Origin: Planctomycetota bacterium
GTDB lineage: Bacteria > Planctomycetota > Brocadiia > JAADGH01
Direction of reading: 5' to 3'
Length of the DNA: 64,000 nt
Assembly: GCA_040755855.1 (NCBI GenBank)
Contig: JBFMAD010000006.1
Coordinates: 96,001-160,000, forward strand
Position 1 is the first letter of the stretch, and the number at the start of each line of letters is the position of its first letter. The notes below the pieces were generated by a model. That model ran no database searches and was not told the origin of the DNA. It saw nothing but the letters and a program-made list of their open reading frames with translations. The position numbers and the translations under genes were made by a program. This document shows, piece after piece, positions 1 to 8,319 of this stretch.

Positions 1-1
1 C

Positions 2-1111
2 ATCCGCCGGAAGCGCGACGACAAGCCCCCCTACTACCGCACAATCCCCGAGGGAGTCATCCACGAGTGGGACGGGACGGACAACATCCGCATCGAGGGC
101 CGAGGCTTCGACTGGAACCGCAACTGGTCCTACGACTGGCGGCCCGAGCCGGAGCAGGGCGGGGCGGGGGATTTCCCCTTTAGCGAAAAAGAGATGCGCG
201 CCCTGGCCGATTTCATTTTCGCCCGGCAAAACCTCTTCGGCATCCTCGGCTACCATACCGGCCCGGCGTCGGTCCTCCGCCCGCCCTCGACGGGCGCGGA
301 CAAGGACTTGGACGCGGGCGATGTGCAGATCATGGAGGAGCTGGCGCAGTTCGGCGCGAAGGCGACGAAGTTCCCCGTGCACCCCGTCGTCAAGTATCAC
401 TACGCCGACGGGCGGGACATCAACCTGCGCGGGCATTTTCACAATTTCGGATACCAGCACCTGGGCCTCTTTGTCTTCGAGTTCGAGCTGGGCATCCTGC
501 GCAACAGCGCGGGTATCACGACGGAGGAGATTTTCAAGACCAAGAACGAGGAAGAGCGCGAGGAACACATCCGCCGCATGATGAAGTGGTGGGACAGGCA
601 GAAAAAGCGCGACAAGATCTATACGCCCTGGAAGTCCTTCAATCACCCGCAGTTGGGCAAGGTCGAGGTCGGCGGTCTGCTGGCCCGGCACATCGCCGGT
701 CGCACGCTGCCGGACCTGCTCCGGGTGTCAAAGGGGACCTACGCCTTCACGCTCGAACATGCCGCGCGCCATCCTCGCATTGAGTTGGAGGATGTGGAGG
801 TGGAGTCGGTCGGCGGCGACATCTACCGCGTCCGCGCCCGCGTGGCCAATCGGGGCCAGTTCCCGACGCACGTCTCGAACAAGGGCCGGGGCCTGAGACG
901 GCTCAAGGCGGTTCATCTGTCGTTCCATCCGTCGGCGGGCGTGACGCTGCTCTCCCAGACGGGCCACCATGATCTGGGCCACCTCCCCGGCCTGACGGGG
1001 AGTCGGCGACTCGAATGGTTCGTGTCGGCGCCGGGGAAGGGAAAGAATCTCTGCGAGATTCGCGTCAACGGCGGGACGGGTGGGAACGTGTCGGCGAAGA
1101 TCGCGAAGTAG
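2..1111 (+). CDS. M14 family zinc carboxypeptidase (5'-truncated by window edge)
   Basis: Frame is open from nt 2 (IRRKRDDKPPYY...); contains FDWNRNW, GDFPFSEKE and GYHT motifs typical of M14 peptidases, plus a C-terminal Ig-like region. Confidence 0.8.
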   Translation: MRRKRDDKPPYYRTIPEGVIHEWDGTDNIRIEGRGFDWNRNWSYDWRPEPEQGGAGDFPFSEKEMRALADFIFARQNLFGILGYHTGPASVLRPPSTGADKDLDAGDVQIMEELAQFGAKATKFPVHPVVKYHYADGRDINLRGHFHNFGYQHLGLFVFEFELGILRNSAGITTEEIFKTKNEEEREEHIRRMMKWWDRQKKRDKIYTPWKSFNHPQLGKVEVGGLLARHIAGRTLPDLLRVSKGTYAFTLEHAARHPRIELEDVEVESVGGDIYRVRARVANRGQFPTHVSNKGRGLRRLKAVHLSFHPSAGVTLLSQTGHHDLGHLPGLTGSRRLEWFVSAPGKGKNLCEIRVNGGTGGNVSAKIAK

Positions 1112-1123
1112 TTCGCGCTGCGC

Positions 1124-1219
1124 TGTGTGCCACGCTCAAACTTGTTTGCGCGTGATCCTCGGACGGTCCAGCCTCGCACGCCCAAGCCCGCGAAGACGCG
1201 GCCGTGGGCGTGGCACACA
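1124..1219. repeat. Inverted repeat (REP-like hairpin) just after the peptidase stop
   Basis: TGTGTGCCACGC (1124-1135) and its perfect reverse complement GCGTGGCACACA (1208-1219). Confidence 0.7.
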
Positions 1220-1281
1220 CTTGCCTCCCCAGATTACAACCATACAGATATTGCGCGCCGCGCTCCCCCATCTTCTGTCGG

Positions 1282-1354
1282 GAGTTCGTTTCGTAAATTT
1301 AACGTTTTGAGTTCGTTTGGTAATTTCGACCGTTGAGTTCGTTCGGTAATTTTT
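1282..1354. repeat. Three direct repeats GAGTTCGTT(T/C)(C/G)GTAA(A/T)TT with 26-27 bp period
   Basis: Copies start at 1282, 1309 and 1335. Confidence 0.75.
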
Positions 1355-1430
1355 AATCTTTTTGGGCTATGGGGGGACTCCTCGGCGGCGCATTTACCGT
1401 GATGATGGCGTTGGCGCGTCTCCTCTCCAT
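1353..1430 (-). CDS. Putative 25-aa small protein (MERRRANAIITVNAPPRSPPIAQKD)
   Basis: Strong RBS AAGGAGG 8 nt before ATG; downstream of a perfect sigma70 promoter; no recognisable homology. Confidence 0.3.
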   Translation of the reverse strand: MERRRANAIITVNAPPRSPPIAQKD

Positions 1431-1550
1431 CGAAGCTTCCTCCTTCGTCTGGGATTCCTCTAATGCTTTGCCTATCGAGCGCCGCCCGCACAGGCAGGCG
1501 CGTTATTTCAACTACATAATCTCAAGAGGAACAAGCTATCCACTTGGGGT

Positions 1551-1579
1551 ATTATACACTATATATGGATACTTGTCAA
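1551..1579 (-). promoter_or_regulatory. Consensus sigma70 promoter
   Basis: TTGACA-17 nt-TATAAT on the minus strand; the spacer region ACACTATATATGGATA (1556-1571, + strand) resembles an NrdR box. Confidence 0.7.
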
Positions 1580-1669
1580 GTCCGATTAGGAAACAATTCC
1601 ATTTTCCCATATAAACCATTGCGACTCAAGAAGTTATGAGATGTTTTCATCTCGGCGCGGTTGGCCCTT

Positions 1670-1842
1670 TGGAGTGCGGCAGCCGTGCTGCCGCTTTTTC
1701 TTGCGGCAAGCCACGCTTACCGCTCTTCGTTACCGAGGGTGTCGCCGTCAGGCCCTGTCTGCGGCCTTCGCACGGTTGCTGCGCCATCGTCGGGAAGCAG
1801 GGCTTCCCGATGTCAAGGCGCAAGCATGGCTTGCGCACTCCA
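1670..1842. repeat. REP/REPIN-like element with terminal inverted repeats
   Basis: TGGAGTGCG...CGCACTCCA ends, each with an internal hairpin (GCGGCAGC-CGT-GCTGCCGC; GCGCAAGC-ATG-GCTTGCGC). Confidence 0.65.
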
Positions 1843-1889
1843 CAAACACAACGGCTTTTCTCGTTCCGAGGCTAACGGGCCACCCGTCA

Positions 1890-1978
1890 GGCTCTGCCTG
1901 ACTCCTTTCGCCGCGAAGATGCGGAGCCGAACGGCTATGGCGTTCCCGCGCTGCGCGGGACAGCGCCTGGGACGAGGC
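1890..1978. repeat. Degenerate REP-like copy related to the 3028-3052 palindrome
   Basis: Contains GGCTCTGCCTG, GCGTTCCC and GCCTGGGACGAGG segments. Confidence 0.5.
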
Positions 1979-1996
1979 ATGGCTGAGGGGAGACCA

Positions 1997-2743
1997 TTAT
2001 TTTATCTTCTTCTTTACCTCGTCCCACAAAGATTTCCAAAGCCGAACATCGTACTCCTTTCCCTTTTTTGTTTTCTTGTCAAGAATCTCGTCCAGCGCTT
2101 GCATTTGTCGGATGGTGGTACACCATGACTTCAGGGCTTTCTCGTGAGGCTTTAGCGCATCCGTTAGCCTAACGTTTTTTGCCATAGGCTCGAAAGCAGC
2201 TTCTATTCCTTCAGCCCATGCGTCAAATTTGATCAATCTGCCTTTGACTGGGTGATTGTATACTTTTTCTTCTGGAGTATTTTGCGGTGCAAGTTGGCTC
2301 ATCGGTGATTTGACGATGCTCCAAGGTTCTGCCTTCCCATACTGACTGAATACGGAAAACAGAAAAACAATAAGCGATGGGTCAACTTTCACTTCCTCGC
2401 CAATGTATAGAATCTTATCGGGAAGATCTGGCTCTTCCTGCAAAATCGGGCAATCCCTGGGATACCAAGAACCTTTCATGTCCCACTCAATGAACTCTTT
2501 GCTCAGAGTCCTATGTATTTCTGGATCGTAATCTATAGTCGCCTTTTCCGGGTCTCGATAGTCTTTCCATTTCAGTCCTGTCTTCTTTTTCCTTTCTTGG
2601 GCATGAACGACATCCGTGGAGGTTGGCAGATGACACGGGACAACAAGTGATGCGCACAGCACGAAAGCGAGGGCCAATGCCATCCGGACAAACCTCGCTT
2701 GGCATCCTTTACGACATCCCAAAGAGCGAACATTTCGAGCCAT
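1997..2743 (-). CDS. Hypothetical secreted protein, Lys-rich, AT-richer than its neighbours
   Basis: RBS GGAGG before ATG at 2743; basic N-terminus then hydrophobic segment ending VHA-Q (signal peptide-like); no recognised domain. Confidence 0.7.
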   Translation of the reverse strand: MARNVRSLGCRKGCQARFVRMALALAFVLCASLVVPCHLPTSTDVVHAQERKKKTGLKWKDYRDPEKATIDYDPEIHRTLSKEFIEWDMKGSWYPRDCPILQEEPDLPDKILYIGEEVKVDPSLIVFLFSVFSQYGKAEPWSIVKSPMSQLAPQNTPEEKVYNHPVKGRLIKFDAWAEGIEAAFEPMAKNVRLTDALKPHEKALKSWCTTIRQMQALDEILDKKTKKGKEYDVRLWKSLWDEVKKKIK

Positions 2744-3027
2744 GACTTCCCTCCTATCTTCCAGGTCAGACCAAACAAAAGGGGAGCAGCCGCAACGTAT
2801 GCTCCCGCTACAAGGCCTGCGACGGCCTGGAGTCGAAAACAAAACGTCCAGCCGCTCCCCGGATGGGGAGCGACGCCAGACGCCGATCAACTCCAATGTT
2901 TGTCGCAGTTTTGTAGCGGACGGCGCTCGGCAATCACTCCGAGTATGTTACGAAGATGCTACGTTATCCCGACGCATTACCTCCCAAGTGAACGGTACAT
3001 GAAAACAGCAGGGCCTCCCGCCTTGCC

Positions 3028-3052
3028 CGTTCCCAGGCAGAGCCTGGGAACG
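3028..3052. repeat. REP-like perfect palindrome
   Basis: CGTTCCCAGGC-AGA-GCCTGGGAACG. Confidence 0.75.
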
Positions 3053-3192
3053 AGGGTATGAGCGACCTGCTGTGACCTGAACAAACATCCCACGAGATGC
3101 ATCCCCAATTGTCTATCAGACGGCGGCATTGTATAACGCATCCCCGTTGTCTGTCAAGGGTCGGTGCGGAAACCGACGAGCCGCCGCCCTGG

Positions 3193-3239
3193 ATTCCCGC
3201 TCCCCGCTTACGGCCTGCGGGGACAAGTTTCGCGGGAAT
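3193..3239. repeat. Nested REP-like hairpin, possible terminator for the GHL10 gene
   Basis: Outer arms ATTCCCGC/GCGGGAAT with inner arms TCCCCGC/GCGGGGA, ~50 nt past the stop at 3289. Confidence 0.6.
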
Positions 3240-3288
3240 GACGTATTACCGTCGGAAGTCTGGCGACTTCCGCTACTACGATTCCTCT

Positions 3289-5736
3289 TTACTGCTTCCG
3301 CGTAATCCCCTTGCCGCAGAGGGGGACCATCTCTTTGGCTTCGGAGACGTGGTAGTTGAAGATCGTGAAGCCGCCCGTGCCGAGCGTGCGAGTAATCTTG
3401 ATCTGGTCAATCAGCTTGCAGATGTCGTTCGACGGCTGCCAGCAGCTCAGGCCGATGCCGGGATAGCAGGGGACCTTGCCCGCCCAGCCTCTCTGGAGCT
3501 TGACGAAGTTCTCGAACTGCGCGTTGATGGGGGTGTAGTCCATAGGGCAGACGAAATCGAGGTAGCCCTTGTCGCACCAGAGCTTCCAGTCCTGGCCGAC
3601 GCCGTCGCGATCCACGGGCCAGTTGCGGAAGACGGCCGCGCTGATCTCGATCTTCGGCTTGACCTTTCGCGCCTGCTCGCTCACGGCCGCGACGACCTTC
3701 GTGATGTTGCTTCGCCTGAAGTCGAGCCATTTCTGCTTGACCGCGTCGTCCTTCCTGCAATCCTCCGGCCAGTTCTTCACCTTCTGGCCAAGTATCTTTT
3801 CGAAACGCTCGCGACAGCCTGCGCAGAAGCACGATTGCCCGCCGGGGTAGCGGATGTAGTCGAAGTGGATCCCGGTTACGTCGTACTTCCGCGCCACCTC
3901 GACCATGGAGTCAATCTCCAGCTTCTGGTTGTCGGGGTGGGAGGGACAGAGCCAGCGCTCCTCCTCCTTGCCATCAAGCATGACCTGTGTCCGGCCCGCC
4001 TTTTTCATTTGCTCGACGAATTCCTTCGACGCCCTGCCGCTCATGTTCCAGTTCACCTTCCACACGTGGCATTCGACGCCGTACTTCTTGCACGCCGCCG
4101 CGCACAGGGCGATCTGATCGCCCTTCTCTTTGACGGATGAATCTATCGGGAGCACCGCGCTCTCATAGAAGGCCGTACCGCCCCACAGCATGTTGGGCAG
4201 GATGGCCGTGAAGCCGTTGTCGGCCAGGTTCTTGATGGCCTCATCCCACGTCATGCCGTCCACGCCGAAGGCGCTATGGCACCACCAGGCGCGGTGCTCG
4301 CCCTTCTGCGGTTTCTGGGCCTGGCAGTAGGCCTCGATCATGAGATTCTGGGCCCTGGCGGCCCGGTTCATGGCCGTGGCGTACTTATGTTCGGAACACA
4401 GACCGCTCGCCTGGTTGCGGAGCTGGGTCGCTTCTTCGACCTTGTTCGTCACAGGCAGATTCATCATCGCGGCCCACCAGAGCCCGTCTTTGGCCTCCTG
4501 GAAACTGGCATAGGGACCGAAGCGGCCGATCTGCTCGATCGCCGACACAACCGCCTTGCGCCACAGGTCCGGGGCGAACTGCCCGACCATGGCCAGGAGC
4601 ATATTCCGCTTGTTCGTCAGGTCGTCGGTAATCAATACATGGGTCATTTGGATCGCGCTGTCCGAAACGACGACGGCCGGGTGGCCGGTGCTCTTGCCCT
4701 GGTCGTCGAACCAATAGGCGGCGACGCGGCTCTTGCCCTTCACCGCCTGCGACTCGCTGATATTCCACGACCGCTGCCCGACGACATCCGGCGCCCCCGG
4801 CAGCGCGGCCGGCGTAAAGTGGATGGATGCAAACGAGCCGGGCCGGTCCTGTTTGATGTGATTGCCGCCGGGGATGCCCACGGCGTCGCGGAGCTTCAAG
4901 TGCAGGCCGTAGAATCCGATGATCTTGCCCCCGTCCTGGATGTATTTCACCAATTCATCGGCCACGTTGTCTGGCATGTTGGGGTTATGGGGGAGGATGA
5001 CGACCTTCTTGCCTCGCAGCCGCTTGGCGGTCACGTCGAGGTCGCTGATCATTGCATAGGATAGCCCCACATCGGCAAGGCACTGCGCGACGTTTTCGGA
5101 GAACGTGGCGACCGACTTGGCCTCATCGGGGGATTTCTTCGCCACCGATTCCCCGCGGATGATCGCAATCTCCGCATCCGCGCCCAGCAGTCCGAGGTCA
5201 GCGATATAGATCTCCGTGTCCACATCCTTGCCGCGCCAGGCGGAGAGGCGGAGGGTCTTGATCTTGCCCCAGCCTGCGGGCGATCCCTCGACGTCGGACT
5301 TGCTCTTGTCAATCAGGATGGTGCACCACTGGCCGCCCTTCTCCGGGGCGAAGCGCACGGAGTACCAGCCGTCGCCGCTCTGGAGGTAGAGCGTGAAGCT
5401 GGAGATCGGCGAGGCGTCCTCAGAGAACATCTTGAACTGAAGCCCCTGGCAGGTGGTGAGGTCGAGGTCCACCGTTCGGTCCCAGGAAGCCCTGTCAATC
5501 TTCGTGCCTTCAAAATTGCACGGCATGCGCAAGGCCCACTCGCCGCCCAGGTTCGCAACCGACACCGGGGCGGTCTCTCCCATGGGGCGCCATTCTTTCC
5601 GGGCGGCCTCGTGGCTCGGGTAGGCGAAACCGTCCACCATCTGATAGTCCGCCTTCGGCGGGGCGGGCGGGCCGAAGACGGCGCAAGAGGCGATCAGGCA
5701 GACTGTCAATGCCGCAAAGGCGATGTTCCGTCGCAT
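3289..5736 (-). CDS. Glycoside hydrolase-like family 10 (GHL10/DUF187) lipoprotein with N-terminal binding and GATase-like domains
   Basis: RBS before MRRNIAF; lipobox LIAS-C; C-terminal TIM barrel motifs WLCPSHP, GIHFDYIRYP, GQDWKLW, LDFVCPMDY. Confidence 0.8.
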   Translation of the reverse strand: MRRNIAFAALTVCLIASCAVFGPPAPPKADYQMVDGFAYPSHEAARKEWRPMGETAPVSVANLGGEWALRMPCNFEGTKIDRASWDRTVDLDLTTCQGLQFKMFSEDASPISSFTLYLQSGDGWYSVRFAPEKGGQWCTILIDKSKSDVEGSPAGWGKIKTLRLSAWRGKDVDTEIYIADLGLLGADAEIAIIRGESVAKKSPDEAKSVATFSENVAQCLADVGLSYAMISDLDVTAKRLRGKKVVILPHNPNMPDNVADELVKYIQDGGKIIGFYGLHLKLRDAVGIPGGNHIKQDRPGSFASIHFTPAALPGAPDVVGQRSWNISESQAVKGKSRVAAYWFDDQGKSTGHPAVVVSDSAIQMTHVLITDDLTNKRNMLLAMVGQFAPDLWRKAVVSAIEQIGRFGPYASFQEAKDGLWWAAMMNLPVTNKVEEATQLRNQASGLCSEHKYATAMNRAARAQNLMIEAYCQAQKPQKGEHRAWWCHSAFGVDGMTWDEAIKNLADNGFTAILPNMLWGGTAFYESAVLPIDSSVKEKGDQIALCAAACKKYGVECHVWKVNWNMSGRASKEFVEQMKKAGRTQVMLDGKEEERWLCPSHPDNQKLEIDSMVEVARKYDVTGIHFDYIRYPGGQSCFCAGCRERFEKILGQKVKNWPEDCRKDDAVKQKWLDFRRSNITKVVAAVSEQARKVKPKIEISAAVFRNWPVDRDGVGQDWKLWCDKGYLDFVCPMDYTPINAQFENFVKLQRGWAGKVPCYPGIGLSCWQPSNDICKLIDQIKITRTLGTGGFTIFNYHVSEAKEMVPLCGKGITRKQ

Positions 5737-5784
5737 GTTACCTTCCTCCGAGACTGGGGTGGACATTCCATCATGCGGAGGGCG

Positions 5785-5813
5785 ATTATTGAGGAAAACG
5801 TGGTTTGTGTCAA
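5785..5813 (-). promoter_or_regulatory. sigma70 promoter for the GHL10 gene
   Basis: TTGACA-17-AATAAT on the minus strand. Confidence 0.5.
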
Positions 5814-5844
5814 GGCAATTTGCGTGTCGTCGGCCAGTTTTCAT

Positions 5845-5873
5845 TTGACACAACAGGCGCGGGAGATTATATT
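5845..5873 (+). promoter_or_regulatory. sigma70 promoter for FTRc-trxA (divergent)
   Basis: TTGACA-17-TATATT. Confidence 0.6.
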
Positions 5874-5918
5874 TAGTTTTGCCAGGATGTTTGCGAGACG
5901 ACCCTGCGAAAGGAAGCC

Positions 5919-6221
5919 GTGGGCGAGAAGGAGGAAGTCGAGAAGATCAAGGCCGAGCTTCGGCGGCGCTATGAACGCTATGTCGAACGGGCGGGCCTCG
6001 GGCTGAACCCCGACGAGGAGCAGGTCGAGACGACCCTGACGGGCCTGGCCATGCGGAAGCTGAAGTTCGGGAAATTTTATTGCCCCTGCAAGGTGATGAC
6101 CAGCGATCCGGCAAAGGATAAGCGGATCATCTGCCCCTGCGCGGATCACAAGAAGGAGATACAGGATAACGGCATCTGTACATGCCAGTTGTTTGTGAGC
6201 AAGGACTATCGGAAGGAGTGA
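5919..6221 (+). CDS. Ferredoxin:thioredoxin reductase catalytic subunit
   Basis: YCPC...ICPC...CTC cysteine pattern, LNPD and LFV motifs; adjacent to thioredoxin. Confidence 0.85.
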   Translation: MGEKEEVEKIKAELRRRYERYVERAGLGLNPDEEQVETTLTGLAMRKLKFGKFYCPCKVMTSDPAKDKRIICPCADHKKEIQDNGICTCQLFVSKDYRKE

Positions 6222-6225
6222 AAGA

Positions 6226-6552
6226 GTGGCAGGCGTAGTTCATGTGAGCGATAAAGACTTTGAGGCGGAGGTGTTGCAGTCCGACATCCTCGTGCTGGCC
6301 GATTTCAGCGCCGAGTGGTGCGGGCCGTGCAAGGCGCTTGCGCCAATGATCGAGGAGATCGCTTCGGAGCAGGCGGGAAAAGTAAAGGTCTGCAAAATTG
6401 ACGTGGACAAGAGCCAACAGACGGCTGTGAAATATGGCATTACCAGTGTGCCTACCGTGATCTTTTTCAAGAAGGGGGAGGCGGTTGAGACGCTTGTGGG
6501 CATGCGCCCGAAGGCCGCGTATGAATCGGTGATCGCCGCGCAGGCGGATTGA
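6226..6552 (+). CDS. trxA: Thioredoxin
   Basis: WCGPC active site, 108 aa. Confidence 0.95.
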   Translation: MAGVVHVSDKDFEAEVLQSDILVLADFSAEWCGPCKALAPMIEEIASEQAGKVKVCKIDVDKSQQTAVKYGITSVPTVIFFKKGEAVETLVGMRPKAAYESVIAAQAD

Positions 6553-6581
6553 CGCAAAATTAAATTTTTTCGAAAAATTAC

Positions 6582-6610
6582 TTGACTGTTGACAAATCAG
6601 CCTTCATAAT
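6582..6610 (+). promoter_or_regulatory. sigma70 promoter of the cold-shock gene with a ~115 nt 5' leader
   Basis: TTGACT-17-CATAAT with an AT-rich UP-like tract upstream. Confidence 0.55.
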
Positions 6611-6730
6611 TTAGGGGTAGGCTGATTGAGGGCGTTTGTCGTCAGCGGACATGCTGTGTTGACCGCAAAGGCTTGCGTTATCAGCTTTTGCGGTCTTTTC
6701 GTTTCGGGGGTCTTATCAGGAGGGTGTCGC

Positions 6731-6931
6731 ATGCCGACGGGAAAGGTGAAGTGGTTTAACGACCAAAAGGGCTACGGCTTTATCGAGCAGGATGGCGGCA
6801 CGGACGTTTTCGTGCATCATTCTGCCATCCAGGGCGAGGGGTACAAGACCCTGGCCGAGGGCCAGCTCGTGCAGTTCGAGCTGTCCAAGGGCGATAAGGG
6901 CCCACGCGCCGAAAACGTCGTTAAGCTGTAG
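6731..6931 (+). CDS. Cold-shock protein (CspA family)
   Basis: GKVKWFN, KGYGFI (RNP1), VFVHH (RNP2); RBS AGGAGG; 66 aa. Confidence 0.95.
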   Translation: MPTGKVKWFNDQKGYGFIEQDGGTDVFVHHSAIQGEGYKTLAEGQLVQFELSKGDKGPRAENVVKL

Positions 6932-7148
6932 TCGCTTCACCGCTTACCGCGTGGGGGGGCTCACGCAGACGTGGTCGTGCAGTCGTGTAGCCGTTAGAGT
7001 ACCTGCCGGGGCAGGCAATTGAGCAGGTCAGCGGGTTTACATCAGTCAGAGGGAGTTTGTTTGCCAATCCACCTCTCCCGCCCACGTCGGCCTCTACCGC
7101 GAGCTGCCCAGCATAGACTACTACATGATGCTCTGACGGCATGCGCCG

Positions 7149-8318
7149 ATGAAACGAAACGATCTTCTCGACCTCTACCGAACCACGCTGCTCGACGATG
7201 TGCTCCCCTTCTGGACACGCCACGCCATTGACCCCAACGGCGGGATCAACTCCTGCATCGCCGACGACGGCGCGGTCATCAGCCGGGACCGATGGAGTTG
7301 GTCGCAGTGGCGGGCGGTATGGGTCTTCAGCAAGCTATACAACCGCATTGAGCAGCGGACCGAATGGCTGGACATCGCGAAGGGCATCTGCGACTTCGCC
7401 GCCGCCCACGGTCCGCTCGACAGCGGCCACTGGCCGCTCCTCCTCGATGGCGACGGGGAGATCAAGCGCGGGTATGAGAGCCTTTACGTGGATGGCTTCG
7501 CGCTCTATGGCCTCGTGGAGATCTGGCGCGCCGCGAAGGACGATCGTCTGCTCGACCTCGCCATGAACACATTCCACGCGACCGAGGAGGCCCTGAACGC
7601 CGACGCCCCGCCCCCGGCCTGGCCCTATCCCATCCCCGCCGGCCGTATGGCCCATGGAATCAGCATGATCTTCTCCCTTGTTTACAGCGAGCTTGCCGAT
7701 GCAACCGGGGATGCCGACATCCGCGCCGCTGCAAAGACGCACCACGACCGGGTGATGAACACATTCCTCCGCCGCGACCGGGGCATTGTTCTGGAGTGGC
7801 TGAGCCGAGACGGATCGGAGGTCCCCCCGCCTGAGGGCACGGCCGTCGTGCCGGGTCACGCGATCGAGTCCATGTGGTTCCAGATCCACATCGCACGCGA
7901 CAGGGGCGACAGCGCGACCATCGCCCGCGCAATCCAAGCCATCCGCCGTCACCTCGAAATCGGCTGGGATAAGGAGCACGGAGGACTCTTCCTCGCCGTG
8001 GATGCCGAGGGCGGGACCGAGGTCGGCTGGGGCTTCCACGACACAAAGCTCTGGTGGCCGCACACCGAGGCGCTCTACGCCACCTTGCTTGCCTTCGAGC
8101 GCTGCCGCGAGAACTGGTGCATGGAATGGCACGAGAGGATCCGCGACTACTGCTACGCCCATTTCCCCGTGCCTGAGCATGGCGAGTGGCGGCAAAAGCT
8201 CGACCGATATGGCAAGCCGATCAGCAACGTCGTTGCCCTTCCTGTCAAGGACCCCTTCCACCTGCCGAGGGCGCTGATCTACTGCATTGACGTCCTCGAA
8301 CGTCTGGCGCAGGCGTAA
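7149..8318 (+). CDS. AGE family epimerase/isomerase (N-acylglucosamine 2-epimerase-like)
   Basis: VLPFW, PGHAIESMWF, KLWWPHTEALYA and PFHLPRAL motifs. Confidence 0.85.
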   Translation: MKRNDLLDLYRTTLLDDVLPFWTRHAIDPNGGINSCIADDGAVISRDRWSWSQWRAVWVFSKLYNRIEQRTEWLDIAKGICDFAAAHGPLDSGHWPLLLDGDGEIKRGYESLYVDGFALYGLVEIWRAAKDDRLLDLAMNTFHATEEALNADAPPPAWPYPIPAGRMAHGISMIFSLVYSELADATGDADIRAAAKTHHDRVMNTFLRRDRGIVLEWLSRDGSEVPPPEGTAVVPGHAIESMWFQIHIARDRGDSATIARAIQAIRRHLEIGWDKEHGGLFLAVDAEGGTEVGWGFHDTKLWWPHTEALYATLLAFERCRENWCMEWHERIRDYCYAHFPVPEHGEWRQKLDRYGKPISNVVALPVKDPFHLPRALIYCIDVLERLAQA

Positions 8319-8319
8319 G

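Noticed and set aside
1282..1354. Possible mini CRISPR array
   Set aside because: Repeats are ~18 bp with only 8-9 bp between them, and there are no cas genes
1234..1491. 85-aa ORF spanning the triple repeat
   Set aside because: GTG start without an RBS; the better RBS points to the 25-aa ORF in another frame
6218..6225. Selenocysteine read-through of the FTRc TGA into trxA
   Set aside because: trxA is in a different frame and the TGA falls at the normal C-terminus
6932..7148. Possible ncRNA after the cold-shock gene
   Set aside because: Only a short hairpin (CCTGCC/GGCAGG) is visible, with no recognisable family features
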